The notes: generated from the letters alone by a model not told the origin. A DNA stretch of 64,000 nucleotides from Octopus vulgaris (GCA_951406725.2 OX597836.1:45632001-45696000), one strand, 5' to 3'; counted from the stretch's first letter, positions 13,570-28,046 are shown. A program made the numbers and translations.

Positions 13570-13771
13570 TACGATATGTTCGAAAATATAAAGACAGCTT
13601 GTTCCATTGTTAACCCTCTGCTTTTAAGATCTTTCGTTATTGTTCTCCACCAAGTTTCCTTTGGTCGACTCCGTATTCTACCTTGTGGAACCCATTGCAA
13701 AGCGATCCTGACAATTGAGTTCGGTTTATTGGGACAAACTCGACCCAGCTATTTCCATCTTGTTTCAAAAG

Positions 13772-14167
13772 TTTCTTATTCTCTTATATGTTTCAGTCCA
13801 ATGACTGTGGCCACGCTGGAGCACCGCCATTGTAATCATCTTTCCACTTTCCACCTTTGTCGGAGCGGATTCTGGTGAAGGATGGAGTTCGATGCTACCC
13901 ACCTCTTTTGAGTTTCTTGCTTAGATATTGGCTCATCCGGGATCTCGGCGAGCCAGAGGTCAAGTTCACGCTTGAAAACGCCTACATCCACTCCATGCAG
14001 GCTCCTCAGATGCTTCGGCAGACAGTTAAACAGCTGTGGGCCCCTGAAACCCAAGCTATTGCAGTACATTGTCCTTGCCCGAGATGAATCAGTCGGCACA
14101 ATGGGGACAGCACAGTGATGTCCTGTTCATGGTCTGGTATAGCTCTTTATTCCAAAGTTTGCTACTA
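13772..14167 (-). mobile_element. 3' end of CR1/L2-group-like LINE
   Basis: ORF 13836-14099 SLGFRGPQLFNCLPKHLR...FKRELDLWLAEIPDEP; tail shared with SINE family A. Confidence 0.8.
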
Positions 14168-14333
14168 GGCACAGGAGTGGCTGTGTGGTAAGTAGCTTGC
14201 TAACCAACCACATGGTTCCGGGTTCAGTCCCACTGCGTGGCACCTTGGGCAAGTGTCTTCTACTATAGCCTCGGGCAGACCAAAGCCTTGTGAGTGGATT
14301 TGGTAGACGGAAACTGAAAGAAGCCCGTCGTAG

Positions 14334-14401
<68 letters not shown>

Positions 14402-14618
14402 ATGTGTGTGTGTGTTTGTGTGTCTGTGTTTGTTCCCCTAGCATTGCTTGACAACCGATGCTGGTGTGTTTACGTTTCCGTTACTTAGCGGTTCGGCAAA
14501 AAGAGACCTATAGAATAGGTACTGGGCTTACAAAAAGAATAAGTCCCGTGGTCGAGTTGCTCGATTAAAGGCGGTGCTCCAGCATGGCCGCAGTCAAATG
14601 ACTGAAACAAGTAAAAGA

Positions 14619-14620
<2 letters not shown>
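14168..14620 (+). mobile_element. SINE family A, full length
   Basis: tggctgtgtgg A-box-like, ggttcagtccc B-box-like, internal (TA)n(TG)n, tail ggcggtgctccagcatggccgcagtcaaatgactgaaac. Confidence 0.92.
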
Positions 14621-14668
<48 letters not shown>

Positions 14669-14696
14669 GAGAAAGAAGCAACAAGAATGGATTAGT

Positions 14697-14787
14697 TTTT
14701 AGTACAATTGTTTCATACAAAGACAGGCTTTATTACAAGTTGCAAAAATTGCAGCAGATAAAAGTGTCCTGTACTCATCAGCTAAAA
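14697..14787 (-). ncRNA. type I hammerhead motif
   Basis: mirror of 15301-15391. Confidence 0.85.
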
Positions 14788-15300
14788 TACATATGAGTTC
14801 TCCAAACATCTTAGTGGGTGAGGTTATACTCATGAAATATTGGAGATAATTTCATTAAAGGCAGATATAGGTTGCAAACAGATTTCCAAAGTTCCTTAAT
14901 GATGATGCACAGTCTTATCACAGATTCTTAAAAGCTTATTAGTTTCAAAGAGAAGATGAATTAATCCGTAGTGTAGATTTAAATTTCCAGAGATGTGAGG
15001 AGGATGGTGCACAGACTTATCACAGGTTTTTAAAAGCTTATTAGCTTCACAGAAAAGGTGAATTAATCCATAGTGAAGATTTAAATTTCCAGCGATATGA
15101 GGAGGAATTTCATACTCACAGACGATGAATTTAAATTAAATGAAACTAAAAAGCTTTTAAGAATCTGTGATAAGACTGTGCATCATCATTAAGGAACTTT
15201 GGAAATCTGTTTGCAACCTATATCTGCCTTTAATGAAATTATCTCCAATATTTCATGAGTATAACCTCACCCACTAAGATGTTTGGAGAACTCATATGTA

Positions 15301-15391
15301 TTTTAGCTGATGAGTACAGGACACTTTTATCTGCTGCAATTTTTACAACTTGTAATAAAGCCTGTCTTTGTATGAAACAATTGTACTAAAA
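15301..15391 (+). ncRNA. type I hammerhead motif
   Basis: UUUUAG-CUGAUGA-60 nt stem II-GAAAC-AAUU-GUA-CUAAAA; predicted cut after 15385. Confidence 0.85.
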
Positions 15392-15532
15392 ACTAATCCA
15401 TTCTTGTTGCTTCTTTCTCGTTTATAATCACCCCACATTACTGTATGGTTAACACCATATAGTTTTTCTGGTGCATCTAAGTTAAGTACCACATTCAAGT
15501 AAATTCATTGGAATTTACTTGAATCTTAATTG

Positions 15533-15586
<54 letters not shown>

Positions 15587-15679
15587 TGCATACCTTTCCC
15601 GCCTTCGTTCCAGGGAATAGAGTCGCAGCTATCATTGGTTTCGCGTTAGCGTTGGTGTGCAGTTGGCTATTCGAGATCA

Positions 15680-17456
15680 TATTCGGCCAGTAGACCATCA
15701 GTATTTAACTTGAAACACCACCAATTTCTTTTCAATACTTTTGGTTGTTAGGGGAGGAAGCTGAATATGTTGCCTTCGTAAATTCGTATTTTGGTGCTTT
15801 TGTCAAGTGTTGATGATTTCCAAATTGAGCTTAACATACCGAACGATTGGCTGGCTTTGCTGATTCTTGTATTTATTTCATGAATGCAGTCTCCATCTAT
15901 TGTTATTTTGGTGCCTAGATAGTTAACTTCGTCAGCATTTTTTGATTGGTTTGTTGTTCAAAGTCACATTGTCAGCGTCTGTTATATTTTTACAAAGAGG
16001 GTACTTCTCGTTGATTTTGACACATATGGTGTTGGCTATTTGACTAAGTCTTTCAGATTTGTTTTCTAACTCTTGAGGCATGTATGAGAACAAACAAATG
16101 TCGTCTGCATAATGTAAATTTTCTAATTGAGTTGTGTTCCAATTTATACCTCGTTTATATTCTTCTGTCGTTCTTTGCATTAACCAATTCGCTGCCAGTG
16201 AAAATAAGATTGGTGACAACATGCATCTTTGTTTGACTCCGGTTTTGATTTCAAACGGATCTGTCAGTTTGTTATTGTGTATAACTTGACAATAGAAGTT
16301 TTTTTATACAATAACCGATTCAATCTTGACTAATTTGTGTGGGAAACTATAGTGTCTGAGAATCTCGGTGAAAGCTATCGAAAGCTTTTTCAAAGTCAAC
16401 AAACAACATGCACAAAGATTAGTTCTATTCATTGCATCGTTTGAGTATTTGGCGACTTACAGAAATATTGTCAATAATGATTTTCCTTTCCTGAATCCAG
16501 CTAGCTCTTCGTGCTGTGATGTGCTGTAATATGATATGGGTGAATATTTCACTGGTAATTGAAAATAGAGTGGTTCCTCTCCAATTTTTACAGTTTGAAG
16601 CATCATCTTCCATTGGTGATTTCACAAGTCCTTTTTTCTGGCTGTTCGGTATTTCCTTATTTTGTAAAATTTCTTGTAAAATAATTGGTAATGTTTTGAC
16701 CTCTGCTTTAAGCATTTCAACAAAAACTCCATCTAATCCTGATGACTTGTCATTTTTTAATTCACAGATAGCTTTTATGACTTCGTTTTATGTCTTTTAT
16801 GATTTCTCCAGGGTTGATTTCCCAATCCTTGTCCGCTTCTTTTATTTCGGTAGAGATTATGGACTCTGGGCGATTAAGGATAGCTTGGAAATGGTTCTTC
16901 CATCGTTCTAGTTTGACTTTATCACCTGTTATTTTGATTACATCTGTACTTTGTACAGGTAGATCATAGTATCTTCCTTCATATCAACTTCGCTATCTTT
17001 TCCTCATTTTGTACAGTGATCTTAAATCTTTACGTTTAGCGGCTAATCCAGCCTCTTCAGCCAATTGGTTTCTGTATCTACGTTTGTCATTCCGTACAGA
17101 TTTCTTTACTGCCATATCCTCATTCATATATTGCATCTTATACTTTTCTATGTTTGGTTGATGTAGAAGTGAGAAGTTTCTTCTGTTTTTCTTTCCGTTT
17201 ATTCATGATTTTCCATGTCTTTTGATATCCATTCATACCTGTTTGTTTTTCTTTATCCAATAGTTTCCTTTTTTTTAGCTGAGTCTGTAAGGATTTGGTC
17301 GAAATTGTCAATTGTTACATTCTCACTAGTTTCTAATGCACTGAAACGATTCTGGAGAGATATTTGAAACTGTTTTATTTATTGTATAATCACTCAATTT
17401 GGTCACATCAAAACGCTGATTTGTAGTGGTTCCTGTGCATGATTTGTTTAGTTTGA

Positions 17457-17460
<4 letters not shown>
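15680..17460 (-). mobile_element. RTE-clade LINE RT remnant
   Basis: CKNWRGTTL, LFVDF*KAFDS, GVKQRCMLSPILFSL, LHYADDICL, YLGTKIT. Confidence 0.8.
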
Positions 17461-17498
<38 letters not shown>

Positions 17499-17500
<2 letters not shown>

Positions 17501-17884
17501 GAAGCACTCCGTCGGTTACGACGATGAGGGTTCCGGTTGATCCGAATCAACGGAACAGCCTGCTCGTGAAATTAACGTGTAAGTGGCTGAGCACTCCACA
17601 GACACGTGCACCCTTAACGTAGTTCTCGGGGATATTCAGCGTGACACAGAGAGTGACAAGGCCGGCCCTTTGAAATACAGGTACAACAGAAACAGGAAGT
17701 AAGAGTGAGAGAAAGTTGTGGTGAAAGAGTACAGCAGGGATCACCACCATCCCCTGCCGGAGCCTCGTGGAGCTTTTTAGATGTTTTCGCTCAATAAACA
17801 CTCACAACGCCCGGTCTGGGAATCGAAACCGCGATCCTATGACCGCGAGTCCGCTGCCCTAACCACTGGGCCATTGCGCCTCCA
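17499..17884 (-). mobile_element. SINE family B (tRNA-Arg-like head), full length
   Basis: ggcgcaatggcccagtggttagggcagcggacTCGcggtc...gtttcgattccc head. Confidence 0.88.
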
Positions 17885-17980
17885 CACATATATATATATA
17901 TACACATACATATATACATGCATGCATATCCATACATACATACATACATACATACATACATACATACATACATACATACA

Positions 17981-18012
<32 letters not shown>

Positions 18013-18749
18013 CATACAAGTATGTATGTATATATGTATACGCACACATGCACATATATATATATATATACAAGAATGTGTGTGTGTGTGTGTGTGCGTA
18101 TATATATATATACATACACACATAGTAATGGTAGTTTTGATTTTGCCTGGGATTCGACAATTGTGTCTGATGATCACAGGATAAATGGCTTTTATTGCTC
18201 TACTTCGTCAACTCAAACCGTTGGTGTAGAGGCTTCATCTTTTATTGAAGCCAGAACAGAGTCTAGCTTGGGCGCTCCCGAGTCACCGGTCCTGCATTCA
18301 GCCTGTCTTGTGTTTACGTGGCATTAATATGCACGGCGTCTAGGTTTTTTGGACGAGAGAGTGTAACAGGTGACACAAACCCGTACAACTTAAAGCAAAA
18401 TCATTGCGGAGGTAGTTTGAAGGTGAATTGAAAAAATTCCATGGCGATAGAATATGGTAACGAGAGGAACAAGTAAAGAGTGTTGATGAAAATTTGTAGC
18501 CAGAGTTTCACGTTTCACACATAAGCTGCACAGAGAGTGATGGTCATGTCTTTGTAGAATCCGAAGGAATCTACAAGACGCGTGTCTTTCTTTGTGTGGC
18601 AAGAAGTTATATTTAAGTTTAATACTGCTTCTCCAACATCGGAAGCGAGGTGAGAAAAGGACTCCTAAGGATGATTTATCTTTAATAAGGCTGGCATTAA
18701 CTGCAAATATTTAGCCAGCCAGTTTATTGTGGTCAAGGTAAAGATAATA

Positions 18750-19500
18750 AAAAAAAAATGTTAATCTTTGGTTTTGGGAATGTAAGAACTTTTCAAGGCA
18801 GCAAAGACAGTCTAGAATGAATAACAGCAATAATTGCAAAAGTAATCGGCTTATATAATATTGATATCACTGCTCTAAGTAAAATGTAATTTGCGGACTC
18901 TTGTGAATTAGAAGTTGAGAGTGGTTATACATGTTTTTGGAGTTTTTGGAGTGGTTATACGTAGACTTTATTTTGTAACTTGCCATCAATCCCTCAAGCT
19001 ATTGATCTGCATCTCATGGTTTTTCGTATACCCATAGGTAATTCCTCACTTATGCACATTAACAGCGGATGTGCACCTACTTTGTCAGCATCCGAACAGA
19101 ATATTTTCTATTTTATTTTCTACTTTATCAGTAAATTCAATATCCTGATCCAGCCATATTAATGGGTGATCTTAATGTCAGAATAGATAATAAACACATA
19201 ATGTGGCCAAAAGTAATAGGAAGATATCGAACAAGAAAAATGAATGCAAGAGGTTTAGGCCTGCTGTCTTTCTGTCAACAATTTGGTTTAGTAATTACAA
19301 ACACAATATTTCAGCAGGTCGATAAATATAAAAAACACATTGAAGCACCCTCGCTATAGTAACCAACACATGCTTGACTATGTCATAGCTTAGAGCAAAG
19401 ATTGCAGTGATGTCAAATTAAGCAGGGCTCACAGACTCCCAAATGTTACTCGGATCACAGAATGGTACGCAGGAAAGGTATACAAAGAGGCCATTAAGAA
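18750..19500 (+). mobile_element. RTE-like LINE AP-endonuclease remnant
   Basis: GNVRT, MGDLNVRI, NARGLGLLSFCQQFGLVITNTIF, MLDYVI. Confidence 0.75.
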
Positions 19501-19677
19501 CCAATATTCCTTCTAGAACAAATGTGTCACCTTAATGGCAAGAAAATGACGAAATACAAGACAGAAACAAACTACATTGATACACTGATCTCAAATAACA
19601 ACAGAGCAGAAATGGTCAAAGCGAGAAAAAAGTACATGAATACAGAACTACAGAACATATTAAAGAAAAAAATGGAA

Positions 19678-19839
19678 GGCGCAGGAGTAGCTGTGTGGTA
19701 AGTAGCTTGTTTACCAACCACATGGTTCCGGGTTCAGTCCCACTGCGTGGCACCTTGGGCAAGTGTCTTCTACTATAGCCTCGGGCCGACCAAAGCCTTG
19801 TGAGTGGATTTGGTAGACGGAAACTGAAAGAAGCTCGTC

Positions 19840-19919
<80 letters not shown>

Positions 19920-20140
19920 TTGTGTGTCTGTGTTTGTCCCCCTAGCATTGCTTGACAACCGATGCTGGTGTGTTTATGTCCCCGTTACTTAGCGGTTCGG
20001 CGAAAGAGACCGATAGAATAAGTACTGGGCTTACAAAAAAGAATAAGTCCGGGGTCGAGTTGCTCGATTAAAGGCGCTGCTCCAGCATGGCCGCAGTCAA
20101 ATGACTGAAACAACTAAAAGAGAGTAAAAGAGAGTAAGAG
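19678..20140 (+). mobile_element. SINE family A, full length
   Basis: consensus match. Confidence 0.92.
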
Positions 20141-20144
20141 TAAA

Positions 20145-20890
20145 GAAAAACCATTCCATGACCAATATTCTGCAAAGCTTGATAGAGAAGACGTTTGCTT
20201 GCGTAAAAGCCAACAATGGCTCAAAAGCTCTGGACTAAAAGCTGGAACGGAAGGACTGAATTTCGCTGTACAAGACAATGCCTGACCACAAAGAATTATA
20301 AAAGTAAAATAATGAAAACAGGCCCTAACACCAAATGCAGAATATGCAACCAGCACAATGAGACAATTGACCACATCATCTCTGGCTGTCCAGTACTTGC
20401 CAAATCTGAATATATACATACAGACACGACCGAGTAAATGGTTATATCCACTGGACAATATGTCAACACTAAACATAAAAACTGACAATAAATGGTAAAA
20501 ACATGCGCCAAACAAGGTACATGACAACGACCAGGCCACAATCATTTGGGATATATGTATGTTAAAACTGACAAAAAAAAAACAACAACAAAAAACTAAT
20601 CGTCCAGGCATAATAATTGGAAAAACAACATCTGCTTACTAATAGATATTTCAGTCCCTCCTGGTCAAAACAGCGCTCAAGAGAAGTGGGAAAATTGCCA
20701 AAGTACAAAGATCTCGAAACTGAAGTATTCAATGAAGGTGAAAATAATACCAGTAGTAATTAGAGTATTGAGCATGATAAAAAATCGTGAACAAAAACAT
20801 AGAAGCTGTACCTGAACCCACAACACTACACACTATCCAAAGAAATAACCCTGCTAGAAAACCCCCCACATCCTACGCAAGACACTACCG
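20145..20890 (+). mobile_element. R4/Dong C-terminal (CCHC + RLE) remnant
   Basis: KCRICNQHNETIDHIISGCPVLAKSEYI; NRP-like and LIDISVP motifs. Confidence 0.85.
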
Positions 20891-21178
20891 ATTCAATAAA
20901 ACAACCCAAACAAAACAATCCACAAACACAAGACACTCTATATAGCAAACATCCAATAAAATAAACAACCGCCAACAGGCTGGATAACCAACAGAACACA
21001 ATTTGTATTACACATACAACACACAATATAAACGAAAGATTGCAACTAGACTCCATAACAAAACAAACAGACGCATTACAATACCGGGAAGAGCTTCCAC
21101 TCACCCAACAACGAAAAAGAACATACAATACTACACACCTCACTGCAGTAGAAATTTGCCTGGAACTACCAAATGTTG

Positions 21179-21197
21179 AATAATAATAATAATAATG

Positions 21198-21263
<66 letters not shown>

Positions 21264-21290
21264 GAAATAATAATAATGATAATAATAATA

Positions 21291-21368
<78 letters not shown>

Positions 21369-21389
21369 GTAATAATAATAATAATAATG

Positions 21390-21426
<37 letters not shown>

Positions 21427-21468
21427 TAATAATAATAATAGTAATAATAGTAATAGTAATAGTAATAG

Positions 21469-21543
<75 letters not shown>
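21179..21543. repeat. (TAA)n/(TAC)n microsatellite
   Basis: direct inspection. Confidence 0.95.
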
Positions 21544-21544
21544 T

Positions 21545-22023
21545 GGATACAGTCACCTAGGAGAACTGCAAGGTGGTAGAATATTGAAAGGAGAAATGGG
21601 ATGGAACTTCTCGAAGCGTGCAAGAGAATTAGGAGTGTGTTCGAAACAAAAATTAAATGGCAGGAATATCATTAGAACAACAAATACGCGGGTTATGTCT
21701 GCATAAAGATACTCTGGTTCCTTTCTAAAATGGGCGAAGATCGAGTTACAGAACTTAGATCGAAGAACTAGAAAGCTGCTCACAATACACAAAGCACACC
21801 AGCCTAAAAGTAATACTAACAGACTATAACTACCAAGAAAAGAACTAGAGGAGAAGATACTGTGGGTACTACGATATTAGGGTTGAACATTATGTGGTAC
21901 GTAATAAAGAAATAATCTTCAGTCCCACTGCATGGCATCTTGGGCAAGTGTCTTCTGCTAGAGCCTCGGGCCGACCAATGCCTTGTGAGTGGATTTGGTA
22001 GACGGAAACTGAAAGAAGCCTGT

Positions 22024-22060
<37 letters not shown>

Positions 22061-23065
22061 ATATGTTTGTGTGTCTGTGTTTGTCCCCCCACCATCGTTT
22101 GACAACCGATGCTGGTGTGTTTACGTCCCCGTCACTTAGCGGTTCGCCAAAAAGAGACCAATAGAATAAGTACTGGGCTTACAAAGAATAAGTCCCGTGG
22201 TCGATTTGCTCGACTAAAGGTGGTGCTCCAGCATGGCCACAGTCAAATAACTGAAACAAGTAAAAGAGTAAAGAGAGCACCTTAAGATGTCCTAAAAGGT
22301 CCTGAAACAAGAGGAAGAGCAGCAAAGTGGTAGCTGGAAAGGGAAAGAATAATCTGGCGAATTCACGCAGCAAAGCGAAGATGCTGGAAGAAGTAAAGAA
22401 CGATAGTTGCAGCCGGCAGACGTAAACCTGAAACGAGAGACCGAAGCGCTAATTATAGCCACTTAGTAACAAGCCATTAAGACGAATTTAATGAAGGCAA
22501 TAATTGATTAAATTCAGAGCAACTGCAGTTTCTGAGTGAGACGGAAGTAGTAATCATGTCTTGAGTGAATGCAGTAAGCTAGTGTAAAAAAAAAAAGTGT
22601 CTAAGCGCAGACATGACTGCGTAGTTAAAGAGTGCATTCAAGGTGTCTGCCGAGTGTATGGGTTCAAACTTGCAGAAAAGTGGTATGATTACGAATGGCA
22701 GGCTTTAATAGAGAATGAGAATTACAGGACTTGTGGGATTTCCTCATTTCGACTGACGAAACTTTTGAAGAAGACCAGTTATGATTATGGAGAACAAAAT
22801 AAATAATCAGCGTAAGATCATAAACTCTGAAGTGGATACCAGTAAAAAAGGGAAAAACATTGAGAAATATCAGGACTTAGCCAGAGAACTGAATAGACTG
22901 TGGAAGATTAAAAGAACAATTATTCCGGCAGTAATTGGTGAACTTAGCACAATACTCAAAATGCCGCCTAAGGGAATGCAATTGAAACTCGCATTGCCAA
23001 CTTGCAGAAAAGTGCCATTTGGTATTCTGCAAGAATCCGAAGAAAGGTTCTTGAAATTTGAGGGT
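21545..23065 (+). mobile_element. old R4/Dong remnant interrupted by SINE A
   Basis: KLNGRNII, ELQNLDRRTRKLLT, RRHDCV, KYQDLAREL...IPAVIGEL. Confidence 0.75.
21919..22276 (+). mobile_element. SINE family A, 5'-truncated
   Basis: consensus match. Confidence 0.88.
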
Positions 23066-23569
23066 ATTTGTCATCAAACCTCAAGACAACATCAACGCAA
23101 GCTAATATAGCCTATAATAGTTTTAACAACAATAAAATCAATGATAGTTACATATATAATAAAATATAAAAAGCTAAATAATTGCTTTAACTAATTTTTG
23201 CTCTAGGCCAAGAATTTTCGGGAAGAGAGTAATCGAAACTGGTACTTCAATTTATCGACACTGGAGAGATAAAAGAGAGAGACGACCTCGAGGTGATTGG
23301 AACTCAAGACGTAACGAACCGTAATAGATACTGCAATGGCTTAACGATTCTGCCAATCGAACACCCTAGTGACAGTGACTGGGAGGAGACACTAATCGAT
23401 TGAATCGAAGAGAGTACTTGACTAGTACTTTATTTTATCGATATTGGAAGAATGAAAAGTTAAGTTCTTAGTGTGATTTCCATTCAAAACTTAAGAGTAC
23501 GACAACCGCCACCTCGCAAAAGAAACCCAAATAAATTCAAATCTTTTCTTTATGTACACCTGGCTTGAT

Positions 23570-23986
23570 TTTTCACTTCATTCCATTTGCATTTGATTAG
23601 GAGCTAGAAGGCCTGATTTGGTAGTAGTAGACAAAGAGAATAGAAAGTGCCAGGTAATTCACTTTACAGTCCCAAATGAGGAAAAAATTCATATGAGAAG
23701 TATAGAAAAATAGCAAATTACCAGGACCTGGCTATTAAATTACAGAGACTATGGATGGTGAAGGTAAAATGTATCCCTGTAGTTATAGGTGCATTGGGAA
23801 CTATCCCTAAAGATCTGAACAGATGGATAGAGGAAATAGGCATAAAACCCAGTTTAGTAGAGCTGCAGAAAATAGTGTTATTAGGGACAGCTAGGATACT
23901 TAGGAGGGTTCTTGGCATCTAAGGTTACTTGTTGTAGCCCGATGTTAGGATTCTTTTCGTTTCCAACAGTCTAATCTGTCGAGAGC

Positions 23987-23990
<4 letters not shown>
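23570..23990 (+). mobile_element. R4/Dong RLE 3' end abutting (TAA)n
   Basis: ARRPDLVVVDKENRKC, YQDLAIKLQRLW, IPVVIGALG, LQKIVLLGTARILRRVL. Confidence 0.85.
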
Positions 23991-24065
<75 letters not shown>

Positions 24066-24092
24066 TAATAATAATAATAATTATTAATAATA

Positions 24093-24168
<76 letters not shown>

Positions 24169-24206
24169 TAATAATAATAATAATTATTAATAATAATAAT
24201 AATAAT

Positions 24207-24242
<36 letters not shown>

Positions 24243-24281
24243 AATAATAATAATAATAATAACAATAATAATAATAATAAT

Positions 24282-24900
24282 AGCTGCCCAGTCCTGGCTA
24301 AGAAGGAATATATTCACAGACATGACAGAGTTGGAACCTACATACATTGGAAGCTATGCCAACATTATGGAATAACAACAGAAAAAAGATGGTATAGGCA
24401 CACACCAGAAAAGGTCACAGAAAACGAGAAAGCAACCATACTCTGGGACATGCCGATACACACAGATAGAGAAATTAAGGCCAACAGACCAGATATAGTT
24501 GTCAGAGATCATGAAGAAAAAAAATGCTTTCTAATTTATGTATCAATACCGGCAGATGACAACGTGTCTCTAAAAGAAATGGAGAAACTCTCAAAATACA
24601 AAGACCTGGAAATAGAGATAACTAGAATGTGGAATCTGAAAACAGAAACAATTCCTATCATAGTAGGTGCATTAGGCATGATAAAAAAATATTCAGACAA
24701 ATACATAACAAAAACACCAGGACTTACAAACACATATAACATACAGAAAATTGCACTACTAGGCACCGCACACATCTACGCAGAACACTTTCCATACAAT
24801 AACCATCAGAGCATCACAACAAATCACAGCACATACCCAAGGCACACAGAGCTGCGCTCGGTAGTGAAGTGAAAGCACGCTATAAAAATAAAACTACTGA
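24282..24900 (+). mobile_element. young 5'-truncated Dong-like element in (TAA)n
   Basis: CPVLAKKEYIHRHDRV...RPDIVV...EKLSKYKDLEIEI...IIVGALG; (TAA)n on both sides. Confidence 0.9.
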
Positions 24901-25269
24901 ATAATAATAATAATAATAATGAAAAATAGGCCAGGCATTAAAGTATTTCAGACAAAAATTAGATGCAAATAGGTCTAACATTATATCGACAAAGCGGACA
25001 GAGTCAAGACTGTTGAAAAGGTTGCAAGACGCAACGAAAATTTTAGGAAAATAATGATAAAAATAAGAAATAAGTGGAAATTTTTACCCCTGAGTGTGTT
25101 AAATTATAAGGCACAAAAACAAAATGACTCTCCCCAGACACAGCAGAACATCAACACATGAACTCGCATAAAGAATCTTGCAAACCAAATCCAAAAACGA
25201 AATGTAAAGTAATTAATTGAGTGAAATCAAAATTCATAACTGCATCGACACACCAAAATTGAAAACATT

Positions 25270-25270
<1 letters not shown>

Positions 25271-25313
<43 letters not shown>

Positions 25314-25320
25314 CAACAAC

Positions 25321-25386
<66 letters not shown>

Positions 25387-25413
25387 TATAACAATAACAA
25401 CAACAACAACAAC

Positions 25414-25452
<39 letters not shown>

Positions 25453-25479
25453 TATAACAATAACAACAACAACAACAAC

Positions 25480-25521
<42 letters not shown>

Positions 25522-25548
25522 TATAACAATAACAACAACAACAACAAC

Positions 25549-25581
<33 letters not shown>

Positions 25582-25707
25582 TATAACAATAACAACAACA
25601 ACAATAATAATAATAATAATAATAATAATTATAACAATAACAACAACAACAATAATAATAATAATAATAATAATAATATTAATTATAACAATAACAACAA
25701 CAACAAC

Positions 25708-25752
<45 letters not shown>

Positions 25753-25776
25753 TATAACAATAACAACAACAACAAC

Positions 25777-25812
<36 letters not shown>

Positions 25813-25836
25813 TATAACAATAACAACAACAACAAC

Positions 25837-25878
<42 letters not shown>

Positions 25879-25902
25879 TATAACAATAACAACAACAACA
25901 AC

Positions 25903-25942
<40 letters not shown>

Positions 25943-26430
25943 TTAATAATAATTATTAATAATAATAATAATAATGATAATTATTATTATTGTTATTACT
26001 CGATGTTATCGACTTACCCCTCCACCCAAATTTCAGACCTTCTGTCTATCGTTGAAAGGATTCTTCTTCTTCTTCTTCTTCTTCTTCTTCTTCTGCTGCT
26101 TCTTCTTCTTCTTCTTCTTCTTCTTCTTCTTCTTCTTCTTCTTCTTCTTCTTCTTTTTTCTTCTTCTTCTTCTTCTTCTTCTTCTTCTTCTTCTTCTTCT
26201 TCTTCTTCTTCTTCTTCTTCTTCTTCTTCTCCTTCTTCTTCTCCTTCTTCTTCTTCTTCTTCTTCTTCATTCTTCTTCTTCTTCATTCTTCATTCTTCTT
26301 CTTCTTCTTCTTCTTCTTCTTCATTCTTCATTCTTCTTCTTCTTCTTCTTCTTCTTCTTCTTCTTCTTCTTCTTCTTCTTCTTCTCCTTCTCCTTCTTCT
26401 CCTCCTTCTTCTCCTTCTCCTTCTTCTTCT
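25271..26430. repeat. (AAT/AAC)n higher-order array followed by (TTC)n
   Basis: direct inspection. Confidence 0.95.
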
Positions 26431-26699
26431 TCGTCTTTTGCTTTGTATTTGTACAAGTTTACTCCAAGTCTCATTCAGAGACATCAAGAGACAAGTTAGA
26501 AGTTCAAGTTATGACAAGGGTGTCATATTTTTGGCTTCGCACAGAGTAATGTTCCAGAGAACGTCTGTCAAAACATAAGAAAATTCGAAGTTTGATTACA
26601 AGATGAGAGTGTGATCTTAAGATGACAGTAAAAGTCGTTTGCTCTTTTGCACATTTAAAAGTACTTTTGACAGTATTTATAGATTACAATGTTTTAGGA

Positions 26700-27080
26700 T
26701 TACATAGACAATAATTTGCGTAGGATATGAGCAGTTCATATGAGCACTATTTTTCGAATTTCTTCCATGTTTAGATTTCCTGGTATCTGAAATAAGTAGC
26801 AATCAGCCCTTTTGCTATTATTCCTAGGGCGACTATGACAACAGGAATTGTTTTAGTCTTGAGGTTCCACATTTTTCTGGTTTCTACTTCAAGCTCTCTA
26901 TATTTACTTAGTTTTTTCTCGGTCTTGACAGATATATTTATATCGATTGGGTAAGTTATATCAATGAGGAGGCATGATTTTTGTCTGAACTCATTCGATT
27001 TAATGTTAGACCTATTTGCATCTAATTTATGTCTGAAATACTTCAATACTGAAATACGTTAGTGTCTGGCCTATTTTCAT
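26700..27080 (-). mobile_element. R4/Dong RLE remnant
   Basis: CLLIDITYP...KKLSKYRELEVE...IPVVIVALG. Confidence 0.8.
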
Positions 27081-27081
27081 G

Positions 27082-27353
<272 letters not shown>

Positions 27354-27366
27354 TATTATTATTATT

Positions 27367-28046
<680 letters not shown>

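Larger units (their letters stand above)
14662..15534. mobile_element. Penelope-like non-autonomous element in (TA)n with ~285 bp near-perfect inverted arms
   Basis: 14662-14946 vs 15141-15425; internal ~100 bp tandem duplication; an HHR in each arm. Confidence 0.8.

Noticed and set aside
17810-17884. tRNA-Arg gene (and other tRNA-like heads)
   Set aside because: These are SINE heads continuing into repeat bodies; the cloverleaf is imperfect
18120-18700. Complex sequence with short Cys/His-rich ORF
   Set aside because: No assignable family; probably an old TE remnant
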